Shown: positions 28,401 through 38,236 of the stretch, one piece after another
How positions within the stretch are numbered: position 1 is the stretch's first letter
How the letters are laid out: each line of letters opens with the position of its first letter
Assembly (NCBI GenBank): GCA_965203465.1
Contig: CBDBCR010000003.1
Location: 544,001-608,000, forward strand
DNA: 64,000 bases
Reading direction: 5' to 3'
DNA from: Nitrosopumilaceae archaeon
Lineage (GTDB): Archaea > Thermoproteota > Nitrososphaeria > Nitrososphaerales > Nitrosopumilaceae
Made by a program: the position numbers and the translations under genes
The notes under the pieces: model-generated
What the model saw: the letters and a program-made list of their open reading frames with translations, nothing else
What the model was told of the DNA's origin: nothing
Databases searched by the model: none

Positions 28401-30149
28401 CATGTGCACGTGATAATGGGGAACCCGCCCTACTCGGCTGGCCAGAGCAACTACAACGACGAGAATCAAAACATTGATTACCCGGAGTCGAACACCAGAA
28501 TAAAGGACACATACATGAAAAGGAGCAATACGGCCAACAAAGTGTCGCTCTACGATTCCTACATACGAGCTCTCCGCTGGGCCAGTGACAGGATCGGAGA
28601 CTCCGGAATTATCGCGATAATCACCAACTCACGTTTTTTGAGATCTGATGCTGGGTCAGGAATACGCGCCTCTTTAGCTGAAGAGTTCAATGAGATCTGG
28701 TGCTTTGATCTGCGCGGCGACCAGAGAACACATGGAGAAACATCCAGGCAGGAAGGAGGAAAGATATTCGGTTCCGGTTCTCGAGCCGCCGTGGCTATTA
28801 CTTTTCTTGTAAAGAACCCGAAAAAGAAAAGTTGTGTCATACGATACAAGGACATTGGTGATTGCTTGAGCCGCGAACAAAAGCTGGAGATCGTAAACGA
28901 TGCAAGAGCGATAAACGGTGTAGAGAGGTGGACGATCATAAAGCCCGACAAATATCACGACTGGTTGGAACAGCGTGGAGATAGTTTTACAAAATATACG
29001 CCTATTGGAACCAAAGCCGCGAAGTTGGGCAAGGACAATCGCGTTATTTTTAGAATGTATTCTGCAGGGATTAAAACACATCGTGATGAATGGGCGTACA
29101 ACTCGTCAACGAAAGAATTAACAAAAAACATGAAACGGCACATAAACTACTGCAATTCACAGAATTTAGACAAGCCGATCATTGATCACAAGCGAGCGAA
29201 GTGGACCGGCACGCTTTCAGAAAGACTGCGACGCTCAAAACCATCCTTTGCCGAAGACAAGATTCGCATTGCGTTACGCAAGCCATTTTTTAAACAACAT
29301 CTATATTTTGACCGCGTTTATAACGAGTCGCAATATCAGATACCAAGATTTTTTCCCAACAACAACACAAAAAACCCCACCATATGCGTGCCTTACAAGT
29401 TTAGGGGAGAATTGTCAGTTTTCATAACCAATAACACGCCAGATCTGCACATAATTGCAGCTAACCAATGTTTTCCACTATACATCTACGACAACGGCAC
29501 CAAGAAAGAAAACATTACAGATCAAATTCTCTTCGAGTACAGGAAACACTACAACGATATCAGAATAACCAAAAATGACATATTTTATTATGTTTATGCA
29601 TTTCTGCATCATCCAAATTATAAGGAAAAATTCGCAAACAACCTGACACGTGAGCTACCCCGCATCCCAATGGCACCAGACTTTGCAACGTTCCGTAATG
29701 TTGGTAAGGCTCTTTCAGATCTACACCTCAACTTTGAGACTTGTGAGCGGCACAATCTTGGCAAACCAAAATTGAACCCCGCAGAGTTTACAAGACTGTC
29801 CTTTGGAAGAAAGAGATCTAAAGAAAATCATACCATCATTCGTGTAAATGGTGCTGTACTATTTGACAAAATACCAGAAACTACATATCGCGTCGACGGC
29901 CGCACCCCACTCGAATGGATCAAAGACAGATACAAGAAAGAAATACACGATGAAAAGGAGATCGTCAACGATCCGTGCACAGGCACGGACATCGTGGCCG
30001 TCATAGAGCGGGCCGTCCACGTAGGCCTAGAGTCCGAGCGCATAATCAACACGCTGCCCAAAGAGTTCGAGCCCAGCCCCGAATGGGAGCCGAGCAGCGA
30101 CGGCCTCGACAAATACACGAAAGGCGATCCCTACCAGTCAAAGATCTGA
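25422..30149 (+). CDS. Type ISP restriction-modification enzyme (LlaGI/LlaBIII-like)
   Basis: Mrr-like DLGIDIV...AIQCK; MACGTGKT, DEAH, TATP, QAVGR; DPFAGTG and GNPPY; C-terminal TRD. Confidence 0.95.
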   Translation: MPRPSTFDEVLRDIRAKSKTTRELGDRFERIILDVLKNDPLYTNRFDGVWMWSEWAANNGISEKHGTGHDLGIDIVARERAGGELCAIQCKCYSDDTILEMGPVNSFISAGTSYGMKNYILACTGPVNSNARAKLLGVKCQMMTKDDLRYRLDWKQYPRKIVRPPPKELRDYQRAAFDDVVKGFRKSDRGKMIMACGTGKTLVSLRVAEKQAGKGGLALYLVPSISLIMQSMREWSENARMPHYYMAVCSDKTVRNSEQGTLTELEAPASTDPPTLRERISKISKDSLNVIFSTYHSVEVVQKALDGREIDVVFCDEAHRTAGVDEPGFESYYTRIHYDRNIRAAKRLYVTATPRIYTERIKGKAEQLEKITISMDDESIYGPEFHNLSFYDAVHKYKALCDFKVRVAVMDGNTMDRLVQKAQAGDEAIMPLDEKTLMASVWHAIRHPGADDSKGMLQRVIMFCDMINSSKIVAGEQINYRKDIREDPEQFEKTREIDKQRSFENVVKHVQKVMGNKDGTKPETKHVDGGDSAQARRGRLEWLKTSEDDPHVCRILSNARCLSEGVDVPALDGVVFMNPRRSVVDVVQAVGRVMRQSDGKEYGYVILPVAIPAGVDIGQALDDSKHFKVVWQVLNALRSHDPNLASEINKLVLTESHTDSEVTNRIIIRHAYSHGLRSAEMPEPKMINGITSKIIQKVGDINYYDKYGEKLGTAANTIEARIQNRIKTNTRAKIEVEKIHADLKEMVGDAVTFNATVQIIAQHIVLSRVFDQLFSGQFTAHNPIAKVLDVVTKKIGMQEELRDLAGFYEDVHYELDRIETREERQNFIKKIYGNFFESADKKGAERHGIVYTPIEVIDFIINSVDVLLRKHFGVRFNDRAVKVLDPFAGTGTFLTRLLESGLIDDNLYEKYEKDLFADELILLAYYIATVNIETTYSSLRRGGRYVPFKGISYTDTLRINPQYREKARHRHEQSMIDSQFRAAHERIRQQRGSHVHVIMGNPPYSAGQSNYNDENQNIDYPESNTRIKDTYMKRSNTANKVSLYDSYIRALRWASDRIGDSGIIAIITNSRFLRSDAGSGIRASLAEEFNEIWCFDLRGDQRTHGETSRQEGGKIFGSGSRAAVAITFLVKNPKKKSCVIRYKDIGDCLSREQKLEIVNDARAINGVERWTIIKPDKYHDWLEQRGDSFTKYTPIGTKAAKLGKDNRVIFRMYSAGIKTHRDEWAYNSSTKELTKNMKRHINYCNSQNLDKPIIDHKRAKWTGTLSERLRRSKPSFAEDKIRIALRKPFFKQHLYFDRVYNESQYQIPRFFPNNNTKNPTICVPYKFRGELSVFITNNTPDLHIIAANQCFPLYIYDNGTKKENITDQILFEYRKHYNDIRITKNDIFYYVYAFLHHPNYKEKFANNLTRELPRIPMAPDFATFRNVGKALSDLHLNFETCERHNLGKPKLNPAEFTRLSFGRKRSKENHTIIRVNGAVLFDKIPETTYRVDGRTPLEWIKDRYKKEIHDEKEIVNDPCTGTDIVAVIERAVHVGLESERIINTLPKEFEPSPEWEPSSDGLDKYTKGDPYQSKI

Positions 30150-30221
30150 CGCGGTAGCTAAAACCGTCCACTCTGGAATGCCGCGAGCCGCCAAGAGCCG
30201 GGACGTGCCAGCCGCGCCGCC

Positions 30222-33200
30222 CTACCCGGTGTCGCCGAACAGCAGCCGCGCAAGCTCGGCGGCCCTCTGCTGCTCGGAGAGCAGCGCCTCCTGCAGGGCC
30301 GCGTCGTCGGCGCGCGAGCCGTGGTGCTCCTCGAAGAACTGCACGGCCGCGGCCGCCCCGAACTCGGGGTTGGAGATCGAGCCGCCCGTTATCCGGTCGG
30401 CGATGGCCTGCGCGGCGAGCGCCTGCGCCTCGACCGCGTCGCGGAAGGCGTCCTCGCGCCTGTCCTCGTGGCCCTCGTGCGCCCTCCACGAGTCGTCTAT
30501 CTCCCGGTACAGCGAGGACGAGTTGGTCAGCGGCATGTACGCGCCGTCCGGCGAGAGCTTGTACAGGAACCCCGCGCGGTCCGACAGCACGTCGGTGCCG
30601 GCACCGATCCTGTACAGCACCAGGGCGCCGCCGTTGACCGATATCCCGTCGGGGTCGCCCGGATCCCCCTCGACGTGCACGGCGTGGTTGTAAAAGTTCT
30701 GCCACTCGTTGCCGGCCCAGTCCCACGCGTCGGTCCCCACCATGTCGAACTCTGGCGAGGACTGGAACGAGTGGAGTATCTCCAGCCGCAGGCAAGTGTC
30801 CGACGAGCCCGGCGAGCAGGGCACCTCCGAGGCGTCGGCGCCCACCGAGTCGGGATCCAGCACGCCGGCCGGATCGAAGAGCGTGGTCTGCGCCCTGCCC
30901 GTCCTGTCCCTGTCCCACGATATCTCCACCAGGCTCTCGGATATGGACTGCCCCTCGCGCAGCCCGAACGCCAGGCCCACGTGCTCTATGGCGTCGGGCC
31001 CCGAGTCGTCGTATATCTTGAGCACCGCCGTGTTGGTGTGGCCCACCTCGGCCGTCGAGGCCGGCGACGGCGTGAAGAACAGATCCACGTCCGTCGCGTG
31101 CCCGTTGTACGCAAAGCCGTCCGAGACTATCCTGGTGCCCGAAGCGCTCACCCCGAACGTCGGCGGGGTGCAGTCGCCGTCGCAGTCGGGGGCGGCCGCG
31201 GCCGGCACCGCGGCGCCGAAAGACACCAGGCTCAGGGCCCACACGGCGCCGGCCTCCTTGTCCACGCAGGCGCCGGCCTCCACCTTGCCGGAGCCGAGCG
31301 GCCTCACGTCCGAGGCGATGTAGCCTGCCGCCGTGTCCGGGTTCACCGAGGCCGAGCAGCCGAGCAGCTCGCGCGTGTGCCCGTCGGCGTCTATGGAAAA
31401 GACCACCGACTCTTCTTCTATCAGATCCTTGAACTCTATGAACGCCGGCAGGCTCAGCTCGATGTCCTCGCCGGGGCCGCCGAACTCGAGCACCACGGCC
31501 GCCTCGGGCTTGATTCCGGGGTTGGCCAGGATAAACTCTTCGTCCGGCTCGGCGCCCGAGCCCCGGGCCACGATCACGGGGTCGCCCGAAAAGCCGCCGG
31601 CCTGCACGCCGGGCGGGAACGTCACGCGGCTCTTGTCCGTGTCTATGACCAGGGGCCTAGGCGGGAACTGCACGGCCGAGCCCCCGGCCGCGTCCACCGC
31701 CGGGTCGGCCAGCGCCGGCGGGCCAAAGTCGGCCACGTCCACGGCCGCGCCGCCCGGCGCCGAGACCGTCTCTACGAACGTGTCGTGCGCCAGCGCCACC
31801 CGCCCGTCCCCCGAGACCCGGAGCAGCGCTAGCGCCCCGGCGCTCGACGGGGGCGTCATGGACTGCTCGCCGGGGTTGGACAGCAGGTTGCCCGCAAGGT
31901 CAGAGACGCTGTCGTCTATCTCGAACGATACGTCCGGCGAGTTGGGCCCCGCCCGCTCGCCCTCCCACTCCACCAGTATGTCCGGGGTGCCCGAGCCTGC
32001 CACGTACACGGCCGGCCCCGCGCCCCCGTCGCCCACCGCGATGCCCGTGTACTGGGTCTCCTCGGTCCTGACCGGCTCCGAATAGTGCACGTACAGCGAG
32101 TTGCTGCCCGCCAGCGAGGCGGAGACGTATTCTGGCGCGGCGTTGTCTATGGAGACCGAGCCGGAGGCGTCCGAGGGGCCGAACGAGGAGGCCCCTCCCC
32201 GCTCGCCGGCGGAGTGTATGGTCACTGAGACGTCGGCCGGCCCGTCCTCGTCGGAGCTCGACACCGTGTACTTTGCGACCAGGCTGCGCGAGCCCGACTC
32301 CACCCGGGCCTCGTTGGAGTTGACCGTGACCGATGCCGAATCTATGGCCGCGTCGGTCTTCATCTTTACCGTTATCGTGTCGCCCGATCTCGCGTACTCT
32401 GGGGACAGCGCGTTGTCCGACTCGATGGTGAACGATTCGGCGCCGGCGAACAAAAGGTCGTTTGGCGCGTCGACGTACGGCGGCTCGCCGCTGGTGCGAG
32501 CCAGGTTGCCGTTCTCGTCTGCCACGTTGCCGACCAGCTCCACGCGCAGCGACTTGCCGTCCGACGAGCGTATGCGCTCCTGCACTGTCAGCGTCACGGT
32601 CCCGCCGTCCTCGGACGCGCCGGCCACGCCGCTGCCGCCCACCTCAAAGTCCGAGGCCGACACGGACGGATCGTGCAGGTCCTCGCTGAACTGCACCGAT
32701 ATCCGGTCGGGGCCCGATATGGACGCGGACGCCATGTACGGGGGCACCCTGTCGCGCAGCCGCTCGACCTGCGCCGTGCCGGCGGGCGACGCGTTGCCCG
32801 AGGTGTCCTCCGCCGCGCCTGCGTCTGCGCGCAGCGACAGCTCGTGCCAGTCCGAGATGGCGCTGCGCTGCTTTAGTGTCAGCTGGACGGGCGACGAGGC
32901 GCCGTCGGCGGGGAGCGCCTGCGCGCCCGAAAGGTTTTGTTCAGAACCGGAGGGCCCGAGCAGCGCCAGCCCCGACGCGTCCAGCTCCTCCACCCGCTCG
33001 GTGAACTCGATGGTGAGCAGCCCGCTGCCCAGATCCAGCGAGGCCGATTCGAGCGACGGGCCGAGCACGTCGGCCGCGTCGGTCTCGACGCCCAGCACGT
33101 GCTGGCCCCCCACGGGGTTTGCCGAGGCGTCGCGCGCCGAGCCCGGATCCAGTTTCAGCCAGAGCGGCGCCCCGTGCGATATCACCCACTGCCGCTGACG

Positions 33201-35129
33201 CTCGTCCAGCCTTATCGACACGTCGTGGCCGTTTATGGCAGAGACCGACGCGCTGACGCTAGGCGTCTTTAGCGGTATGGCCGCCCCGCCCGACCGCAGC
33301 GAGAGCGCCTCCAGGTCCACGCTGCCCGGCGAGGGATCCATCGGCTCGTCGAACGATATCGCCAAAAGGCCGGTCCCCGCGTCGAGCGAGGCCGAGCTCG
33401 GCTCGGGCGGCCGGCTGTCGCCCGAGACCGAGGCCCGCACCGAGCCGCGCTCGCTGGCGTTGCCGGCAAGGTCGCGCGCGGCGCCGGCCGACATCTCCAG
33501 CACGGCCGCGGTCCGGAACGACGAGACGTCCAGTTTCTGCGGCTGCGTGAGCGTTATCCGGGCGGAGTTGCCCTCGATCTCGTAGGGGGCCGAGGCGTAC
33601 ATCCGCACGCGGTGGGACGAGTGGCCCTCCTCGAGCAGCGAAAGGTAGGCGGGGGCCAGCCGGCCGACCGGCTCGTCGAACTCGGCGGTCAGCACGCCGC
33701 TCGCCGCGTTGATGTACGCGTGTACCAGGCGCGGGGGCTGCGCGTCCGGGCGCGCCTCGACTTGGAGGGACTGTGCGGGCAGCGGGTTGCCCGACAGGTC
33801 CGAGACGGCGCCTTCCCCGATGCCCAGCTCGAAGCCCGAGCCCGGCGCCGAGAGGCGCGCCTCTCCCACAAAGACGACCAAGTCGTAGCCGTCCGAGCCG
33901 GGGATCTCCGCCGAAAGGTCCGCGCCCCACTCGCCCGAGCTCAGGCGCATGCCGCCGACGTCGGCGCCGTACGCGTCGATGTGCTCGTCGAACTTTATCC
34001 TCAGGCTGCCGTCGCCAAGATCCAGCACCGGCGCCCCGAGCACGCCGGGGGGCGCCGCGTCGGGCACGACCCGCACCTTGCCGCCCTGCGCGCCGCCGGC
34101 GATGCCGAGGCCCGCCGCGTCGCGCGCGCCCGAATCGATGCGGACCGTGTCCAGTACTTGGCCCGCCGAGGGGCGCTCGAACGCAGAGACGGGCCGCAGG
34201 CGCGCCTCGCCAAAGTCTGGATCGGTGGCCGCCGCCTTTTGCGGCCCGGTAAGCTCCAGCACGACGCGGTTCGCGTACCCGTCCGCGTCCACCGAGGCCC
34301 CCTCCAGGCTCACCTTCCGGGCGCCCTCTTCGTCTCCGACGGACACGGCCGCCGGATCGATTGAAGAGGCGTCTATGTATTCGCTGAATACCAGCGTCAG
34401 CGTGCCGGCCCCCAGATCCAGCGCCGATTCGGACCAGGCCGCCTCCGGGGGAGTGCGGTCCGGCGTCACGCCAGCGCCCAGCTGCGCGCGGGCCGACGCG
34501 TTGCCCGCCGCGTCTTGGAACGCGCCCGCCTCTGCGGCGATCGAGATCTCGCGCAGCGCGGACAGTTTCGAGCGCGCCTGCTCCCCGAGATCCAGGCGCG
34601 CCTCGCCGCCGTCCAGGGCCGGCCGGCCCGACAGCGCGATCCCGGCCGCCTTTACGAGCGGCGCGTCCAGCCTTCCGACCGCCTCGTCGAACTTTAGCAG
34701 CGCGGTCCCCGCGTCCAAGTCCAGGTGCGCCGACAGCAGCGAGGGCGGCTGCCCGTCGCCGGCCGACGCGGACGCGTCCTGCATGCGGTGCTCGTGCCCG
34801 CCGCCGGTCCAGGCCGCCTCGTACACGTGGAACCGCGCCTCGGCGTCGACTGCCGCGGCCGGGCCGTCGAACGAGACGGTGTGGGAGTTTCCGCTTTCGG
34901 AGACTGACACGACGCTCCTCGCGCCGCCCGGAAAGAGCACCAGATCCGAATAGGACGCCCCGGCGCAGTCAGAGCAGCCCTGGTCGGCCCCGAACAGCCC
35001 CGAGTACGTCACGGTGATCTCGTTGGGCCCGCTGACCGAGGCCCCCGACACGTGGACGCTGCCCGTGTGGGCCCACGCCGGGGACGCGGCCGCCATCGCG
35101 CACAGGGCCGCGCACGCCAAGAGCTTCAC
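30222..35129 (-). CDS. Large secreted surface protein with Ig-like repeats (about 1635 aa)
   Basis: GTG start with a signal peptide ending AWA; repeated P..L..A.LD...G.L...F.E...D..GN modules; C-terminal CDGDCTPPTFG domain. Confidence 0.8.
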   Translation of the reverse strand: MKLLACAALCAMAAASPAWAHTGSVHVSGASVSGPNEITVTYSGLFGADQGCSDCAGASYSDLVLFPGGARSVVSVSESGNSHTVSFDGPAAAVDAEARFHVYEAAWTGGGHEHRMQDASASAGDGQPPSLLSAHLDLDAGTALLKFDEAVGRLDAPLVKAAGIALSGRPALDGGEARLDLGEQARSKLSALREISIAAEAGAFQDAAGNASARAQLGAGVTPDRTPPEAAWSESALDLGAGTLTLVFSEYIDASSIDPAAVSVGDEEGARKVSLEGASVDADGYANRVVLELTGPQKAAATDPDFGEARLRPVSAFERPSAGQVLDTVRIDSGARDAAGLGIAGGAQGGKVRVVPDAAPPGVLGAPVLDLGDGSLRIKFDEHIDAYGADVGGMRLSSGEWGADLSAEIPGSDGYDLVVFVGEARLSAPGSGFELGIGEGAVSDLSGNPLPAQSLQVEARPDAQPPRLVHAYINAASGVLTAEFDEPVGRLAPAYLSLLEEGHSSHRVRMYASAPYEIEGNSARITLTQPQKLDVSSFRTAAVLEMSAGAARDLAGNASERGSVRASVSGDSRPPEPSSASLDAGTGLLAISFDEPMDPSPGSVDLEALSLRSGGAAIPLKTPSVSASVSAINGHDVSIRLDERQRQWVISHGAPLWLKLDPGSARDASANPVGGQHVLGVETDAADVLGPSLESASLDLGSGLLTIEFTERVEELDASGLALLGPSGSEQNLSGAQALPADGASSPVQLTLKQRSAISDWHELSLRADAGAAEDTSGNASPAGTAQVERLRDRVPPYMASASISGPDRISVQFSEDLHDPSVSASDFEVGGSGVAGASEDGGTVTLTVQERIRSSDGKSLRVELVGNVADENGNLARTSGEPPYVDAPNDLLFAGAESFTIESDNALSPEYARSGDTITVKMKTDAAIDSASVTVNSNEARVESGSRSLVAKYTVSSSDEDGPADVSVTIHSAGERGGASSFGPSDASGSVSIDNAAPEYVSASLAGSNSLYVHYSEPVRTEETQYTGIAVGDGGAGPAVYVAGSGTPDILVEWEGERAGPNSPDVSFEIDDSVSDLAGNLLSNPGEQSMTPPSSAGALALLRVSGDGRVALAHDTFVETVSAPGGAAVDVADFGPPALADPAVDAAGGSAVQFPPRPLVIDTDKSRVTFPPGVQAGGFSGDPVIVARGSGAEPDEEFILANPGIKPEAAVVLEFGGPGEDIELSLPAFIEFKDLIEEESVVFSIDADGHTRELLGCSASVNPDTAAGYIASDVRPLGSGKVEAGACVDKEAGAVWALSLVSFGAAVPAAAAPDCDGDCTPPTFGVSASGTRIVSDGFAYNGHATDVDLFFTPSPASTAEVGHTNTAVLKIYDDSGPDAIEHVGLAFGLREGQSISESLVEISWDRDRTGRAQTTLFDPAGVLDPDSVGADASEVPCSPGSSDTCLRLEILHSFQSSPEFDMVGTDAWDWAGNEWQNFYNHAVHVEGDPGDPDGISVNGGALVLYRIGAGTDVLSDRAGFLYKLSPDGAYMPLTNSSSLYREIDDSWRAHEGHEDRREDAFRDAVEAQALAAQAIADRITGGSISNPEFGAAAAVQFFEEHHGSRADDAALQEALLSEQQRAAELARLLFGDTG

Positions 35130-35167
35130 GGAGCGCCCCCCTCGCGCACTCGTAAAAAAACGTGCCG

Positions 35168-35944
35168 TCACGCCGCCGACCTCGCGATGGAGGCCGCGAC
35201 GGCGCCGGCCGCTATCCCGTTGTCTATGTTGACCACGGCCAGGCCCAGCGAGCAGCTCTGCAGCATGGACGAAAGGGCCCCCTCGCCGCCGCCGCCGTGC
35301 CCGTAGCCCACCGAGACGGGCAGGCCTATGACCGGCACGTCCACCAGGGAGGCCGTCACGGTCGCCAGGGCCCCCTCCATGCCTGCCGCCGCCACGACGG
35401 CCGAGGCGCCGCCCTCGACGAACTTTTTGAGCTCGGGCAGCAGGCGGTGCAGGCCGGCCACGCCCACGTCGTACGAGGTCAGGCAGGCGCACCCCATGGC
35501 GCCGGCCATCAGGCGCGCCTCCTCTGCCACCCCCACGTCCGAGGTGCCCGCCGCCAGTATCCCGACGGTGCCGCGCGGGCTCGGCGGCTCGCCCGAGCGC
35601 ACGTGTATGGTCGAGCAGCGCAGGCCCGTCTCGACGCGGCCCAGCGTGCGCGCGTGCGAGACCGCCTCGTCCATGTGCTCGGGCCGTATCCGGGAGACGA
35701 CCGCCGAGCCGCAGGCCTCCACGACGCGCGACATTATCGACAGCGTGTCGGGCAGCTCCTTCGACTCTGCGTACACCACCTCGGGCGCGCCGCTGCGGTT
35801 CTGCCTGCCCGTGTCAAGCTTTGCCATCTCCTGTATCCGGTCTATCGAATGCAGGTTTATGCGCTTTTTGGCCTCGTCCACGCCGATGCTGCCCGACGAG
35901 AGCTCGCGCAGTATCTCGTCGAGCGGCCCGCCCCGGCTAGCCAA
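35168..35944 (-). CDS. larB: Nickel-pincer cofactor biosynthesis carboxylase/hydrolase
   Basis: [52 protein letters not shown]. Confidence 0.92.
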   Translation of the reverse strand: MASRGGPLDEILRELSSGSIGVDEAKKRINLHSIDRIQEMAKLDTGRQNRSGAPEVVYAESKELPDTLSIMSRVVEACGSAVVSRIRPEHMDEAVSHARTLGRVETGLRCSTIHVRSGEPPSPRGTVGILAAGTSDVGVAEEARLMAGAMGCACLTSYDVGVAGLHRLLPELKKFVEGGASAVVAAAGMEGALATVTASLVDVPVIGLPVSVGYGHGGGGEGALSSMLQSCSLGLAVVNIDNGIAAGAVAASIARSAA

Positions 35945-36848
35945 GGCCCGATACTGCTTCCCTGACGCTGGCCGCGGCCTTGTCGAAGGCCTCCTTTTCG
36001 GGGCCGTCCAGATCCAGTTCTATTATCTTGCGCACGCCGCCCCTGCCCACGACCGCCGGCACGCCGACTGTCACGCCGGAGTGGCCGTACTCGCCGTCCA
36101 GGAGCGTCGAGACGGGCATGACGCTCTTTTCGTCGCGCTTTACGGCCGCTATCATCGACGATATCGCGTTGCCCGGCGCGTGCACCGTGGCCCCCTTGCG
36201 CTCTATGACCTTGGCTGCCGCCTGCTTTGTGTCGCGCACCAGCCCGTCGAGGCTCTCGGGCGGCAGCAGCGAGACGAGAGGTATGCCCGAGACCGACGAA
36301 AAGCGCGGCAGCGGCACCATGTGCTCGCCGTGCTCGCCTATCACCATCGCCCTTATCGAGCCGCGCGAGTGCCCGGTGGCCTCGTGTATGAACTGCACGA
36401 ACCGCGACAGGTCCAGCATGCCGCCCATCCCGAGCACGCGCGACCTCTCAAAGCCGGAGACCTTCTGCGCGACGTGCGTCATGGGGTCTAGCGGGTTGGT
36501 GACAGGGATCAGCACGGCGTCGGGCGCGTGCCTCTTGACCTGCTCGGCGACCGACTTTACCACGCCCGAGTTGGTCTTTAGCAGGTCCATGCGGGTCATG
36601 CCCGGCTTGCGCCCCGAGCCGGCCACGACGACCACTATGTCGGAGCCGCGCATCTGCCCGTAGTCGTTGGAGCCGCGCACCTCCACGTCGATGCCGAGCT
36701 CGGAGAGCGCGTGGCCGATGTCCATGGCCTCGCCCTGCGGGAGCCCCTCGGCTATGTCGAGCAGCAGCACCTGATCGTCGAGGCGCTTGAGCGCCGTAAA
36801 GAGCGCCGCGTCCCCGCCCACCTTGCCGGAGCCGACTATGGTTATCAA
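35937..36848 (-). CDS. mdh: Malate dehydrogenase (LDH-like)
   Basis: [16 protein letters not shown] (Arg specificity residue), TNPLD, IGEHG. Confidence 0.93.
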   Translation of the reverse strand: MITIVGSGKVGGDAALFTALKRLDDQVLLLDIAEGLPQGEAMDIGHALSELGIDVEVRGSNDYGQMRGSDIVVVVAGSGRKPGMTRMDLLKTNSGVVKSVAEQVKRHAPDAVLIPVTNPLDPMTHVAQKVSGFERSRVLGMGGMLDLSRFVQFIHEATGHSRGSIRAMVIGEHGEHMVPLPRFSSVSGIPLVSLLPPESLDGLVRDTKQAAAKVIERKGATVHAPGNAISSMIAAVKRDEKSVMPVSTLLDGEYGHSGVTVGVPAVVGRGGVRKIIELDLDGPEKEAFDKAAASVREAVSGLG

Positions 36849-36899
36849 CTGGGCGCCCCGCGGCCGTTTGTTAATTAAACCTAGATCGGGCGGCGGCCG

Positions 36900-37375
36900 C
36901 TAGGAGCGCCGCGATCCTGGACGTGTTCTTTCCGTTCTTCGAGGCGCCCCCGACGTCCGGCGGGGGTGCCGGGCGCGCGAGGCGCGGCGAAGCGGCGCGG
37001 GCCGGCACGGCGCTGCGCGGCCGGTCCGCGGGGCTTCCCCGCAGGGCCGAACGCGCGCCGCCCGGCGCGGATCTGGCGCGCCGGATGGAGGACGAGGCGA
37101 TCGCGTCAGGATGCGGCTCGCCTGGGGAGGGCAAGCCGGACACGGGGCCGGAAAACGCGGCGCCGTGCCTCTACGTGCGCATCCGGAACTGCGCCCTACG
37201 AGCGAGGCCGAAAGGACGCTCCGCCCCATCGCGATCCAGCGCCTGATCGGGAAGCGCCACGTGGCCGAGGGGACGGGCGCGTTCAGCGCGATCATGGCCT
37301 GCGCGCCGACCCGGCGCAAGCGGGGCCTGAACGTCCACGGCGAGTTCTGCCGGCGCCTATCGACGGCCCGGCCGC
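36900..37375 (+). mobile_element. Degenerate IS66-family transposase remnant
   Basis: Frameshifted ENAAPCLY / HPELRPTSEAERTLRPIAIQRLIG...G...AIMA...TRRKRGLN resembles the IS66 NNxAERxLR...RK...G.N C-terminus; left boundary approximate. Confidence 0.65.
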
Positions 37376-37427
37376 TTACCCGCGTGCTTCCAGAAGGCTA
37401 TTTAATGCAGAATGCGAGGCGGCGCCG

Positions 37428-37646
37428 TTGGCAACAATACACGTGTCCGAAGAATCTATGGGGAGGTGGGAGTCCAACAGGCGTCCGGGGGAAACGGTGG
37501 AGCAGATGATCAACAGGGTGCTCGACGACGCCGAGGACGAGAGATCGGCAGAGCAGTATATTCTGGATGCGAAAGAGGCGAGAAAAGATCTAGCGGAAGG
37601 CCGGTGCGTCTCGCACGAGGAAGTCAAGCGAATGTACGGATCATAA
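37428..37646 (+). CDS. Archaeal RelB-like antitoxin
   Basis: TTG start after TATTTAAT; MATIHVSEE...GETVEQMINRVLD...DLAEGRCVSHEEVKR pattern. Confidence 0.75.
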   Translation: MATIHVSEESMGRWESNRRPGETVEQMINRVLDDAEDERSAEQYILDAKEARKDLAEGRCVSHEEVKRMYGS

Positions 37647-37890
37647 CTTGGAATGTACGGTGGACTAAAAAGCACTCAAAGAGATTGGCCAGATTGCGAG
37701 CCGCGACGTTGACCGCATTCTGCAAAGCACCGAATACGTCTTGGAAGAGCCTGCCAAAAATTTGGAAAAACTGACAAACTCCCCGTACAAGTACAGGGTG
37801 GGAGATTGCCGCGTCGTCGCAGATGTTATCCACGACCAGCAACTTCTGCCAGTGACAAGGGTCAGAAAATGCGCCAGGGCGTACGGATGA
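37643..37890 (+). pseudogene. RelE-family toxin pseudogene
   Basis: ATA where an overlapping ATG is expected; frameshift near 37697; joined frames give TWNVRWTKKHSKRLARL/SRDVDRIL...LEKLTNSPYKYRVGDCRVV (RVGDYR-like). Confidence 0.75.
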
Positions 37891-38236
37891 TCCCTCGAAA
37901 AAGAAAAGCGGGCGGGGCGGCCGGGCCGGCGCCCAAGACGGGTGGGGACGCTGCGGCAGCCCGAACCGGGCGGCGGCGCTGGCCCCGGCCGGGGGCTGCG
38001 CGCAGGACGGGGCCGGCCGCCTGGCGAGCGAGGCCGTTGCGCCCAGCCCGGCAGCGTTTGCGATCGGGAACCGTCCGCCCGTAGGCCGAATTTTTGGGCC
38101 AAACGGACGCGTGCGCTCGCCCCTTCCAGACCGGCCGCGCCTAGCGATCGGATCTCGTGCGCGGCAAAACGGGATTCGGCTAGCCAAGCTCGCACCCTCC
38201 GGCGCAACTTATATCCATTTCAGGGCGCGCCTCCGC

